The position numbers were made by a program, and so were the translations under genes. The notes under the pieces were generated by a model, which did not search any database, had not been told where the DNA came from, and worked only from the letters and a program-made list of their open reading frames with translations. A stretch of 64,000 bases of DNA from the human T2T-CHM13v2.0 reference genome, Homo sapiens: assembly GCF_009914755.1 (NCBI RefSeq), contig NC_060927.1. One strand, written 5' to 3'. Positions within the stretch are counted from its first letter, which is position 1. Each line of letters starts with the position of its first letter. Positions 43,881 through 58,886 of the stretch are shown here, piece by piece.

Positions 43881-46248
43881 ATAGTAAAATAACTGGTACA
43901 TAATGTCACATGCAAATAACTACTATACATACCAAAATCTCAAGATGACAATTAATTAACTCAGTGATCAATTAATCAGATTCCAGTGTATTCTTCTTTA
44001 AGAAAGAGTTGTGTGTAGCCAGTGCCATATTTTTTCTGTTTTCTTTCTTTTCCTTTCCTTTTTTTTTTTTTTTTCCATGCAGAAAGACAGTAAACATCCT
44101 GCTCACTCTTACAGGCATTGCATCACTTCTATTCCCAAGGGTTCAGCATCAACCTGTCTCTGCAGTATCCAACAAGACTGGCCTCTTCTCTCCTCCTTCA
44201 TAGTTTATCCGATTTCTCCCTCCCCTTCATATCCTCCTCAAAGGGCATCACTGTTTTGAAATAATATTGATTGTGGTTCTGCCCACAGTGCCACTAAAAG
44301 CTTTGATGCAAAGACACAAAGATGATTATTATCCAGACATTTAGAATAACAAATAGCATTTTTAATCCTCTATCTTTTCTTTTCTCCTATCTCTTTTATT
44401 CTCAGAAGCTCCTCTAAGATACATTTCTTTCTTCCTTCCTGTATCCAGTTCTAGCACAGCAATCTGATCCCAGGTCCCTACTGAAGTCTTTCGAATCCTG
44501 TGCTTATCCCATTCTCATCTTTCTTCCCTGTATTTTATCTTATTTTCTTCCTGATTTTATTTTCTGCTTCCCTTCCCCTAGATTTTTTTTCTCACTCCTC
44601 TGTACACTCCATCAGATCCTTTTCTTTTCCATGATGCTTTCTCTTCTTCACCCTTCTTTCAACTTATTTCCTCTTTCAACTCAGTTTCAGTCAACAGAGG
44701 CTGAGTGGATCTGCAGTTGAGCCACCTGGAAGGCAAATGCACACATTAAGGAGGTCTTGGGACATGGAGGACGCTTGGCACCCTAAGGGTGAAAGACCCA
44801 AACTTTCACTGGCTACTCCTGGCAATACAATATTTAGAAGCCAGGATTGGTCTGACATTTATGTTCTGTGCATGTTTCTTCAGGAGTTTGCCCAGTTTGA
44901 CTCTGCTAGTTTCAAGTTCTCGGTTTCTCTGGCCTCATTTTCCGCCTGCCTCACCCCCACAGCCCTCATGGAATATCTGCTATATGGAACAGGCAAGATT
45001 GTAAACCCCGTTGCAATTGTAACCTTCACTCTCTTGTTCTTACCAGTATAACAACAGAGCAGAAGAGATAATAAATAAAATAGGTGTATACAACAACCTT
45101 TAAATCCCCAGGTGACAGAGGTTTAAACATCTCACAAAATTCTCATTCTCCCAAGGTGTGCACTGTTCCCATATACTTATCGGCTCCAGCTAGAAATCCA
45201 GAGGGCAGGTCAGAATTCTACTTTTCCAGTTTTCTGGAAAGCACATTTCAGGGCAGCTGTCTGCTCCTTGTGACAAATAAGAATTTCTCAAAAATTTCTT
45301 CCCCCTTTACGGTGGATTTCTGTTCAGGAACACCCTTGTTTTTTGCTAAGCACCACCCTCTTTAGCTCTCAAATTCAGTTGTGCCCCCTTTAATATCCAG
45401 TGACCATTGTTGCCCTTAATATCAGACCAGACCCAAGCATGCTCTTGGTTATTTCTTAAGGGTCTTCCCGTAGTATTTTACAAAATGTACTTGAAATAGG
45501 CCCGCCAGGCACTTGCTAACAAGTCAAGAGAAAAGAGCTAAGCAATAATCATTTAAATCCCAGCAGAAGCTGGTGGAGCAGTACTATCCTGAAAGTCAAA
45601 TCCCCTTTACTGCCACTCCAATCAGGTTAGATGTTCAGACGGCTTTTATAGTATTTACCTCATGTGCCATCTCTTAGTTGTGTCCAGTGTTTTACGGCTT
45701 TTTCAGACCATAATAATGACTAACATTGTTGGTGTTGCACTCCATTCAATTTGCCCAACCACCCAATTTAGTGGGCATTATTATCGTGCCCATTTACTAC
45801 ATAAGGAAACTAGACGTAGAGAGAGGAGGTAATTGGTTAAGGAACCATGGGTAGGAAGTAGTAGAGCTGGCATAGGAAATCTTTATATTGGCCTTTTCTG
45901 GATTTGAAAATAAAAATAGTAATAATATAGTCTAATTAAGAGATTTTTGTATTTCTGTTTCAGCTGCTTTTTCTTTTTTCTCTCATTGATTTCATATCAT
46001 GTAAATCTTATTCAGAATTTAGATAAAAGGCTTGGAAATGTATAAATTTTTAAAAAATAACATCATTAATTAAAGGCCAAATTTCTGTTTCATCAAGTAC
46101 ATGATCAAAATTGAGAGAACATTTTCCTGGGTTGAAGGTGAAGGAAGATTCTGAGCACCACACTTCTAAATAAAGTTTTGGTTATAAATAAATCTTTGCT
46201 TCCTTTTTAAAGAGTGATCATGAACCTACTTCCTGTTTAGGTAGGTAG

Positions 46249-46635
<387 letters not shown>

Positions 46636-47434
46636 TAAAATAAGAGTTAATCTGACATGATTTATTTTATGCCAGGATTGGGTGAGATTCTTGGTGTACA
46701 AATAGACAAGTTCACTAATGATAGAATATATTCTTTCCTTGTCCACTTCTAATGTTGGGCATAAAGGCATTTTGTTCACATAAGGAATCCTATATGGTTA
46801 GCTTGACTTTATTTTGAATATACATGTAAGGTAAAATTTTAAAAAAATTCTTAGAGCTTCTGTGGGCTGTGTCATGCCCTGCATATCAAATTTACATGAG
46901 AAAGCCAATTACACACTGGACTGTTCAATTCTTTGATTTTTAGTTCTGAGTCTGCCACAGGCATATGGTGTCTCAAAGAGAGTTTTTGAAAAACCTTGTT
47001 TTCACTTCTTCCCTTGTAAAATGAGATTTTACATTCTTCTAGGGAAATTCTGAGGATTAAGTATCAAATGATGGCAAGGCACTTTGAAAGTACTAAATGG
47101 GGTTATTAATAATTTAAGAAAGAAGCAAGCCTTCATCTGAGTTGTTGAAAGGAATATGTGGCATATTTATTTCAACCATTTATCATTTCATTGAAACTTC
47201 CTCTACCTTAAGCTTGAACGACTAAGAAAAACATCTGATTCCTTTTAAAACAGAACTTTAAAACGAGTTCTCTTTTTATAGTATTCAAAGTACTTTCATG
47301 CCAGTTATCTTGTTGGGTTCCTACAAAAATTCTGGGAGATATAAATAACATATTTTGTGGGAATGAGGCTGCAAGAAATAGAATACCTTACAAACACTTG
47401 CTTAAACAAACAGGGGTTTATTATTCTCACTTAA

Positions 47435-47810
<376 letters not shown>

Positions 47811-49339
47811 CGCTTCCCTCTGCTTTCTTTAGTGAATGGGCATGTTATCTCATGTTATCAAAATGGCTTCTAGAGCTCCAGATATCATATTTATTTTCAA
47901 GGTAGGAGGAATGGAAGGAGAGAAACTCCACTAACCACATCTATTCCTTTATAAGGAAAACAAAACTTTTTCCAGAAGTTACCTCAAGCAGAATTCCTCT
48001 AAAACTGGATCATATGACCAAGGCAAAAGAACTGAGGGCAGTGAGTGTATGGCCTTCTAGGCTCTGTGGAGGAAGGTGGCAAGAAAAAACATGGTTGTTG
48101 AACAGCTTTGGAGAAGCCCAGTGCTACTGCTGATGATGGATGAGAGGCACTAAAAAGTCAGTTTTTCAAGGTGCATAGCAGAGGACATTAAACCGGATCT
48201 GAATCTCTTTGATCAAGCAGAAATATCAAACAGTAACTCATAAAATCTACTGATATTTTTAAGGAGTGACCATACTGAGGGCTAGTCTGGGTGCTCTTAC
48301 CAGATGACTCCATTGCACCCCCATAACAATGCTACAGCAAAAGAGTGGCTTTCCCCCTTACAGACATGATAAGCCCTGTTTGCTATTGCTTTTAAGGAAA
48401 CATTCTTTATCAGCATTCTAACACCTCAGCTTGCTCCTTCCATTCTTATTCTACTGCACTATATAAAGAGAAGCTCTGGAAGTTCACACTGAATAAATTG
48501 GAAAAACGAGTCACTTGACAAAGGACTGCCATGAGGAAGACAACTTTTGTGACTCCCTGTTTGAATCAGACAGAATTTGGGTACAAAAAAAAATTAAAAA
48601 GAGCTGAAAGGATGGAATTCAGGGAATTGGGTGCTTAGGCAATTGCTGGAGGGGCTGGATGCGTGGAGTCCAGAAATGATTCCCAGTCACCATCAGAGAA
48701 CAGGTCTGCCAAGGAAGCTGCTACCTTTGACATATTCACACGTGTAGGATTTCAGGAGATACATTTTTGGTTGGTTGACATCAAAACGACTATTAATGCT
48801 TATGATCCAGGGATCAGGGAGCTGCAGCCACTGCCTTCACACCCCATCACAGCTGCCTCTTCAACACACAAAAAATTAGTGAACTGGGCTTCTGCTCTAG
48901 AAAAACTCAAAGTCCTGACAATCATGTTTGCCAGTAGGAAGAGTCAAAACAACAGGAAAATGGCCCCACCACACATCTACCTTAAATACTCTGTATAAAT
49001 GCATCTGATTGGAAAACCAACTGTGTATTCAGAACACTAGCTTCATGGGAGTTTGAGCAAGCTAGGTTTTATTTAGTTCACCAGCCTTTGCAGGATTCTA
49101 GGCACACTTGCAGGAGGTTGGAAGTGATGCTGAGTGCATCTACAATTTACATAACATTTCTGTCTCTTTCAAATATGGACAGAAACAGGAACCAAAGTGT
49201 TAGCAATAGAAAGGAGTTCTCCATTAGCATATAGCTTTTGGCGGACTTGCTTGCAATGTCTGAATTTACCTTGGCTATAAATTCTAGGGGCAAAAGCTAA
49301 ATTTAGAATAAATCTCACAGGATATCAGATCTGGTGTTT

Positions 49340-49600
49340 GGTATACAAAAATAACAGTCATTGTTCTCTGAAGACTTCTTGTGTGCCAGACACTAATATT
49401 AGTGTTTTGAATGTAATTTATTAAAACTCACAATAACCCTATATGACAGGAACTGTTATTAGAGCCAATGTTCAGACGAGGAAATTGAGGCACAGAACTA
49501 TAATTTGCTCAACATCATGAAGATACCAGTGGTGGAGCCACATTTAACAGTCTGGCTCCAAAGTCCAGGCTCCTAACACTTACAGCATATTGCTTCTCCA
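49340..49600 (-). mobile_element. MIR
   Basis: actcacaataaccctatatg...cagacgaggaaattgaggcacaga...cagtctggctccaaagtcc. Confidence 0.75.
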
Positions 49601-50129
49601 CAAAATCAGTTCAAACATAAAGCCACTGGACGAATTTGCCCTTCACAATTTTTCTTTCAGTTTACTATTAATGTCCTTGGTAGTGTCATAATTAATGGAA
49701 CTTGATGACTTTTATAGGAATAATCTGATATGATACTGTTATAAAAATTTTGTTCAACTAATTCTATTTGACACTAATTTCTAAATATTCAGATTAAAAA
49801 ATAAAATTAAAGCTGCATTTTGCTTGACAATCTCCTTGAGATTTAAATTTACACCAAAAGCAATTTATTATTTTGGTAAAAGTTCCTTCAAAGTTAAAAG
49901 TGGAGACTAATCGTTTTATAATTTCCCCTTCCCACAAAATAGCACCAATTCTCAGGGGGAGCTCCCGGGGGCCAAGGGAGAAGGATTGGAAAGAAACAGA
50001 TGGAGGGAGAGCAAGTCCTGCAAATGACAAACTGAAGATTCTAGCTGGGCCCAGCTGCATCCCTGCCTCTACTTTATTTCAGCAAGGCATCCCTGGGATC
50101 TTCTCAAAACATCCAAAATTTTTTCTTTG

Positions 50130-50645
50130 GTCTAGTTATTTGTCACTGTATAAGAACGAACCGTCATAAAACATAGTGGCTTAAAACAACATATCATTTA
50201 TTTTGTTTATAAATCTGTAGTTTGGGCAGAGCTAGGAAAGGATGGATCATTTCTGCTCTGGTCAGCACCAGCTGAGTGGCCTGAAAGTTATGTGTGTGAA
50301 GGCTGGTTCATTCCCAAGTCTGGTGGTTGATGCTAGCTGTCGGCTGGGGCCTAAGCTGGGGTGGTGCAGGAGCACCTACCCCAAATCTTTCAGTGAGGCT
50401 GCATGGCTTCCTCACAACATGGTAGCTGAGTTCCAAGGACAAGAAGTTTGAGGGCAGGTGAGAGGAAGACAGTTGGGGCAGCTATGTTACTTGTAATGAC
50501 TTTACCCTTGAAATTCAAATAGTCACTTCCACACGGTCCCAAGCCTAGCCAGATTTAAGGGGAGTGTCAGTGTCACCTTGTAAGAAGAACATGTGGGATG
50601 TGATATATTGATATAGTTATCTTTGGAAAATTTGATCTGCCATAC
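50130..50645 (-). mobile_element. MLT1 (ERVL-MaLR) solo LTR
   Basis: aaaacatagtggcttaaaacaac...cttcctcacaacatggtagctg...atctttggaaaatttgatctgccata. Confidence 0.7.
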
Positions 50646-50845
50646 TCTGTTTAAGGAGATACAAATTGTGTTTCCTAAAAATGAAAATGTCTGCTCCCAG
50701 ATTCAAGGGGAGTGTCAGTGTCACCTTGTAAGAAGAGCATGTGGGATGTGATATATTGATATAGTTATCTTTGGAAAATTTGATCTGCCATACTCTGTTT
50801 AAGGAGATACAAATTGTGTTTCCTAAAAATGAAAATGTCTGCTCC
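50550..50845. repeat. 148-bp tandem duplication (2 copies, 2 mismatches)
   Basis: 50550-50697 versus 50698-50845 differ only at tttaag/ttcaag and gaagaac/gaagagc. Confidence 0.97.
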
Positions 50846-50859
50846 TTACAAACAAGAGT

Positions 50860-50929
50860 GTTTTTAAGTTTTTAAATGGATAATACATTTGTAGTTCAAA
50901 ATTCAAACATATACATAAGTGTGTGCATA

Positions 50930-50961
<32 letters not shown>

Positions 50962-51680
50962 GATAGAAATATAATGGAAAGTTTCACTCCCTCCTTATCC
51001 CCAGTTCTTCAGTTCCCCTCTGTGAGAGAGGCATATACTATCAGTTTCTTGCGTGTCCTTCCAGAGGTAGTTTTTGCTTCAATAAGCAAATACTGTGCAT
51101 ATACATAGACCTCTCCTCTATCCATTCTATGTAAATGGTATCCTTCCCTTTGGTATTTTATTTTTCACTTACAATTAGAAATCATCATATCTATCTATCA
51201 TCTATCCATCTCTTCAGTCTTTTTAAGGCTGCTACATATTCCCCATATGGTACATATGGGGATGTACCATAATTTAGTAACTTATCAATAAACATTTAAG
51301 GCTGTTTCCAATAAAGTGCTATAACAAACAATACTGCAGTAAATAATGTTCCACATCTGCCACTTGGCACGTGTGTGAATATATTTATAGGATAAATTTC
51401 CTGGAAGCGTAACTTATAGGTCAACAACTATATGCATGGGCAATTTTGTTCAATTTTTCCAAATCTCAGCATTAATTTTGATAGTGTCTGTTTTGCAACA
51501 TGTTCCCTAGCACAATGGGTTATCAGACTTTTTGATCTTTGTCAGTGTGCTGGGTGAAAAAAAAATGGTTTACCGAGGTAATGTGCATTTCTCTTATGAA
51601 TGGTGCTGAGCATCTGTGTTGAGACCTTTATATTTCATTTTTTTTGAAATGTCTGCTCATATTCTTTGCCCTTTAAAGAG
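50860..51680 (-). mobile_element. Old L1ME-type 3' relic containing a (TG)n STR at about 50930-50956
   Basis: tatcagtttcttgcgtgtccttccagag...ataggataaatttcctggaag...tgcatttctcttatgaatggtgctgagcatc. Confidence 0.65.
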
Positions 51681-52093
51681 TTATTTGACTAGCAAGGACT
51701 TCATTTTTTATCATTATTAACAATATCATTATTATTTTGCTTTTTTGCAATGAACAGGTTCTGGCCCACTATCAGACATTTGCAACCACTGCTCTATGCA
51801 TCTCTCAGTGCAGAAGTCAGAAGGAAGGACAGAGAAAGGACCTACGATGGGAATGACTTTACAACAATGGACATCAGAGTAGAAGAAATATCTTTGAGAG
51901 AGTTTTTTTAAAAAACGTATTTCATGATTCAATTGTTAAAATGCTTAAAATGCCTCTGAGTGAGCCATTCACTCAGAGTGGCATAGGGAAAGTGGTTCTT
52001 TATTTTTAGTAACTTCAATAAAGTAGATATCAAATACATGCCATATATTCAAAGGAGAAAGAAGACTATTAAATGCTAACTTAGATGAACTTT

Positions 52094-53084
52094 TGTAGGG
52101 ACCAAATAATTTAATTTTAATTAAATTATTAAATTTAAATGGGGCTTAGCAGGTGTTCTCCCTGTGTGCGGACATGAGAGATTGTAATAAATAAAGACAC
52201 AAGACAAAGAGATAAAGAGAAAACAGCTGGGCCCGGGGGACCACTACCACCAAGACATGGAGACTGGTAGTGGCCCCGAATGTCTGGGTGCACTGATATT
52301 TATTGTATACAAGACAATGGGGGCAGGGTAAGGAGGGTGAATCTTCTAAGTGATTGATAAGGTGAAGCAAGTCACGTGATCATAGGACGGGGGGCCCTTC
52401 CATTTTAGGTAGCCGAAGCAGAGAGAGAAGGCAGCATATGTCAGCATATTATGTGCTTATAAGAAAGATTAAAGACTTTAAGACTTTCACTTTTTTTTTT
52501 ACCATTATCTACTATGAACTTCAAAGAGGAACCAGGAGTACAGGAGGAACATGAAAGTGGACAAGGAGCATGACCATTGAAGCACAGCACCACAGGGAGG
52601 GGTGTAGGCCTCCAGATGACTGCAGGCAGGCCTGGATAATATCCAGTCTTCCACAAGAAGTTGGTGGAGTAGAGTGTTTCCTGACTCCTCCAAGGAAAGG
52701 AGACTCCCTTTTGTGGTCTGCTAAGTAATGGGTGTCTTCCCAGACACTGGCATTACCGCTTGACCAAGGAGCCCTCAAGCTGCCCTTGTGCGGGTGTGAC
52801 AGAGGGCTCACCTCTTGCCTTCTATGTCACTTCTCACAATGTCCCTTCAGTACCTGACCTTATACCTGCTGATTGTTCCTAGGTTATATTAGTAGTGCAA
52901 CAAAGAGTATTATTAAAAGTTAATGATTAATAGTGTTTATAATAATGACTGATAATTGTCCATGATCATCTCTATATCTAATTCGCATTATGACTATTTT
53001 TATTTTAACTATTTTCTTTATTATATTGAAACAGTTTGTGCCTTCAGTCTTTTGCCTCAGCACCTAGGTAATCTTTCGCCCACA
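52094..53084 (-). mobile_element. ERVK-class solo LTR, LTR13/LTR13A type (about 990 bp)
   Basis: Minus strand begins TGTGGGCGAAAGATTACCTAGGTGCTGAGGCAAAAGACTGAAGGCACAAACTG and ends ...GGTCCCTACA; weak TSD aacttt/cacttc. Confidence 0.85.
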
Positions 53085-53413
53085 CACTTCCAAACTCTAG
53101 AACTTTGTATCTCGGAAAAATGAGATTTCTTGAGGGGTTGTTCCTCCCCTTAGTTGAGGCTTTCCAGGTAAGGCAGAAATGGATCGTGGATTGTCTGTTG
53201 ATACAGAGGCATGGATTTTCTGTTGACTCAACTTTTAGGCAAAATTGTTTTGATTAAAATTATAAGGGTAACAATACCTGACTGAAAATGATTCTTCTGG
53301 TTATTTTTTTCTATTGTAAACACCATCTGTGGGTTTTTGTTTGTTTGCTTGTTCATTTTTATTCACCTTAGAATGTTCCCAAGCTAAAAATATGTTACTT
53401 AACTATAGAATAG

Positions 53414-54058
<645 letters not shown>

Positions 54059-55524
54059 CTAATCATCTGCTAAATATCTAGTGTGGCATGGGGGTCTCAT
54101 CCAGCTGCAGTTTGGGGGATGCCTTGTGGCAATGAACCTGAACATGGGAGGAAAAGGGGAAGGTTATTGTCAACTAAGACCAAAGAGCTGGTAAGGTTCA
54201 TGTTACCAGGCTGTGATGCAACTGCTTTGGATGTGGCCAACTTTGGATTTTCCTGATACTGGGGACAGTGGGACAGACTAGGAAGTGGACTCCATGGCAA
54301 ACACAAAGAGAAAAAAAAGAGCATTTTTCCCATTATCTCAAGCCTTTCCTGTTGACCTTATAAATAGCCCAGTAACTAACTGAACTCCCTCCCCCTTCCT
54401 TGCTCTGCCATGTTCTGAGGAAGTGCTTACAAGGCAGAGATACCCAAATAAACCTCAAACTGGGTTGTCTATATTTGCCTGTGTTTGTGTTTTATAATCT
54501 TGCTGCTCCAGTTGCCTAGGGGTGGTGGAGGGTAGGAGAAACCCAACCTTCTTGTATATGTCTTAGTCTGCAAATAGAAATAAAAGCATAGAGTTTTTAC
54601 AGAGTTCATAATGTGAGTCTGAACCCTTTGATATAAAAAGAAAGTGTTGATTATTTCTCTGTACATGAGGAAAACATTCTCTGGATCTAGATACACAGAC
54701 AAAATGAAAGATAGCAAGTAAGACTCATTATTATCTCTATATAGCCTCCTGACTCCCGCAGATAAACTAAACTGCAAGTATTTTTCTGCATGCCACATAA
54801 CACAACATTCTTTTGGGGTAATGAGAACATTCCTATTAGAAATAAGAGGTTCATTTCTGGGGAAAATGCTGATGCTGTCACTGGCCCTCTATGGGCTCCC
54901 TTTCTGGGTTCTTCCTCCCACACTCACTTGTAACACACAAGCTAACTGTAGCTACAATGTCAGCTTTTGATACTTAAGCCTTTACTTCCACCAGTGTGGA
55001 GTTTATATAAGGACACTTTGAAACTCAAGACCCTTCCAAATGCCAACTTTGAACATGAAAACTTAGGCACCCATAGTTCTGGAGTGCGTGTTGGCAGGGC
55101 CTGGGAGAGGAAAGCCCTGAGACAGGAAGGGGTGCTACCAGATGGGGACGGCTCCCTGCCAGCACCAATCAGTCAGGGTTAAAGAGTGTAAGGATCCGGA
55201 AAACGTGATGAAATACCACCAGTGTTCTTTCTGTGTAATTCAGGTGGCTTTTCTTCTTCTTCAGCTGCATACCGTAAAGACCAATCCAGGAAAGCAAAAC
55301 ATTGGTAACATCTGAAGTTAAGAAGACTTGTTTGGACTTTTCCCCAAGTTCCTAGCAAGACAATTTTTCTCCTCATAACTAACTTGTGTTGTCAAAGATT
55401 TTCTTGATTATCCCAAAGCTGTGTTTTTACACATTAAGGTCCAAAGCTTGAAGATCAAACGGAGAGGACAGAGCTCTTTCAGGGGATAGAGGGATAGAAC
55501 TCAAAGAGCCTCCTGAAAGTCTTA

Positions 55525-55935
55525 GGGAGAGCAATATAACAAAATACCATAAACTGGGTGGCTTCAACAACAGAAATGTATTTCTCACTGTTCTAGAGGC
55601 TGGGACTTCCAAGATCAAGGTGACAAGAGATTTGGTGTCTGGTGAGGGCGTGCTTCCTGGTGCACAAATAGTCATCTTTGCTATGTGTCCTCATGTGGCC
55701 TTTCCATGGTGTGTGCTCATGGAAAGCGGTCTCCTCCTCCTTTTCCTCCCCCTCCTCCCCCTCCCCACACCTTCTCCTTTTCCTCCCCCTCCTCCTCCTC
55801 CATCTTGAGGGCCTCAGCCTTATGACCTAATATAAACCTAATTACCTCCCAAAGACCCCACCTCCAAGTATTGTCACACTGGGGCTAGAACTGTAACATA
55901 TGAATTTGGGGGGAATGTGAACATTCAGCTCATGG
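55525..55935 (-). mobile_element. MLT1A/B-like MaLR LTR with a C/T-rich tract (55730-55802)
   Basis: ataacaaaataccataaactgggtggcttcaacaacagaaatgtatttctcac...tccaagatcaaggtg...tatgaatttggggggaatgtgaacattcag. Confidence 0.8.
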
Positions 55936-57271
55936 TAAGAAGGCTCTGGAAAGTTTGGGTCATTGTGACAAGTTCCCTTGTTTCCCTGTAAGAAGCCTGG
56001 GAAAACTGCAAGCCTCTCATTCCTGCTATCAACCCAGCCTGGGAAAGGCCAAATAGCCATGGGTGGGGAGCCTAGGTACAGGTAGGTGAGAACACACTCA
56101 CAGGGTCTGATCACTCCAGTAGCCTGTGGAGAAGCTGCCAAGAGTTCCTGGACCCTTGAGGAAGAGATCCAGAGGAGACTGGGGCTCAAATGAGAAGGCT
56201 TGGGGGTCTTGACAACTGGGGGCAGTAGCAAGATCCATGGACATTCTGGCCTTGAAACTTACAGGCTGTGGACAAGATACTTGGACTTTCTAAGTCTCCA
56301 TTTTCTTATCTATACTTGCCTCACAGAGCTGGCATGAGAATTACATGAGCTAGGACACCTCAGGGTGTTAGAACGATGCTCTTGCACATAGCATGTGCTC
56401 AATGAAAGCTAGTTGTTATAAACATCAATTGCAAATACTGCCCCAAACACCAAGTGAGATGAGGCTCACTCCCATGGTTCACAGAGCAGGACCCAAGTGA
56501 CCAAGGGGCCAAGAGACACTGTGGCTGATGTGGCAAGTGGCAAAATGAAGTGACATAGGTAACCAGGGCCAGCAAAAACCAAATGGCACTTCTCTGGAGC
56601 CAACTTGTAAATGATGTTCACCTGATTTATGTCAAGCAGAGAAAGAAGAGATGGAAAAACCAAAAGTAACACAAAGGAATTACCCCAACATACTATTTTA
56701 AGCTACACCAGATAGAGACACCTTTAGTTGACAAATCAAGCATTTTCTGTCAACTGGTATGAGAAAAGGTAGTGTGAAATGGGACCCATCATGGTAAATA
56801 AAGAAAGTTCCTTTTTACACACATCTGAGCCATAGAAATGAACTTAAATCTTGCTAAATGGATATCTGGCCTTGCTTTGTAAGGCAATGAATTGAATTTT
56901 ACGCATGTTTGATTCCTGTTCATCCATCTGTTGGTCCACATCTGTCAGTGGAAGTGCTAATGACTGAGCGGAAGTTTCCCTGTCAACTACAATGAGTTTT
57001 AAGATAAATTATATATACTTTTCTGATTCTAAAGACAATAAAAATGTGATATTTAAATAAAATATAAAGATGAAAATTTAAATCACCACTTATCCTACCA
57101 ACCAGAATTTTAACCACAGTTAACATTGTAAGGATTTACTGTTTTTATTTATGCATACATTTTATAAATTATAATCATATTATATCTAAGATATTGCATT
57201 TTCCTTTTCTACTTAGCATTGTATCATGCACATTTTTCTAGGACTTAAAGTAAAAATTGGTTTGAACTCAT

Positions 57272-58010
<739 letters not shown>

Positions 58011-58091
58011 GCATTTTAATGCCTGTTTAATATTCCATTATGTGAGTAAATCAAAATTTATTAAACTTTCCTCTATTAAAATGTAAAATTT

Positions 58092-58264
58092 GAACTCCTG
58101 ACCTCGTGATCCACTCACCTCAGGCAATCCCAGCTATTCAGGAGGCTGAGGCAGAGAACTGCTTGAACCCAAGAGGCGGAGATTGCAGTGAGCCGAGATC
58201 ATACCACTGCACTCCAGCCTGGGTGACAGAGTGAGACTCTGTCTCAAAGAAAAAAAAAAAAAAA
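58092..58264 (+). mobile_element. Truncated Alu with a 5'-inverted left-monomer piece
   Basis: Antisense gaactcctgacctcgtgatccactcacctc joined to a sense right monomer and poly(A); TSD gtaaaattt at 58083-58091 and 58265-58273. Confidence 0.85.
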
Positions 58265-58568
58265 GTAAAATTTATTACACTATTTCCCTAAGTGTTAGAC
58301 ATTTAGATTGTTTTCAGTTTTTTATTATGATTAATAACGCTGTAATAAACACCTTTTAGTTATATCAATTGGCAGGTCATATTCTGGATTTCTAGAATTG
58401 AAAGTACTAAGTTTTAAAAAGATATGAACTTCACATATTTTACTCTTAATTTCAAATTGTTTCCCAAAAATGTTGACTAAATTTATACTTCTTCAAGAGT
58501 ATGAGAATGTCCTTATCAACTAGCCAGTGATGAATATTATCCTTTCTTTAAAAAAAAACAAAACTCTC

Positions 58569-58886
<318 letters not shown>

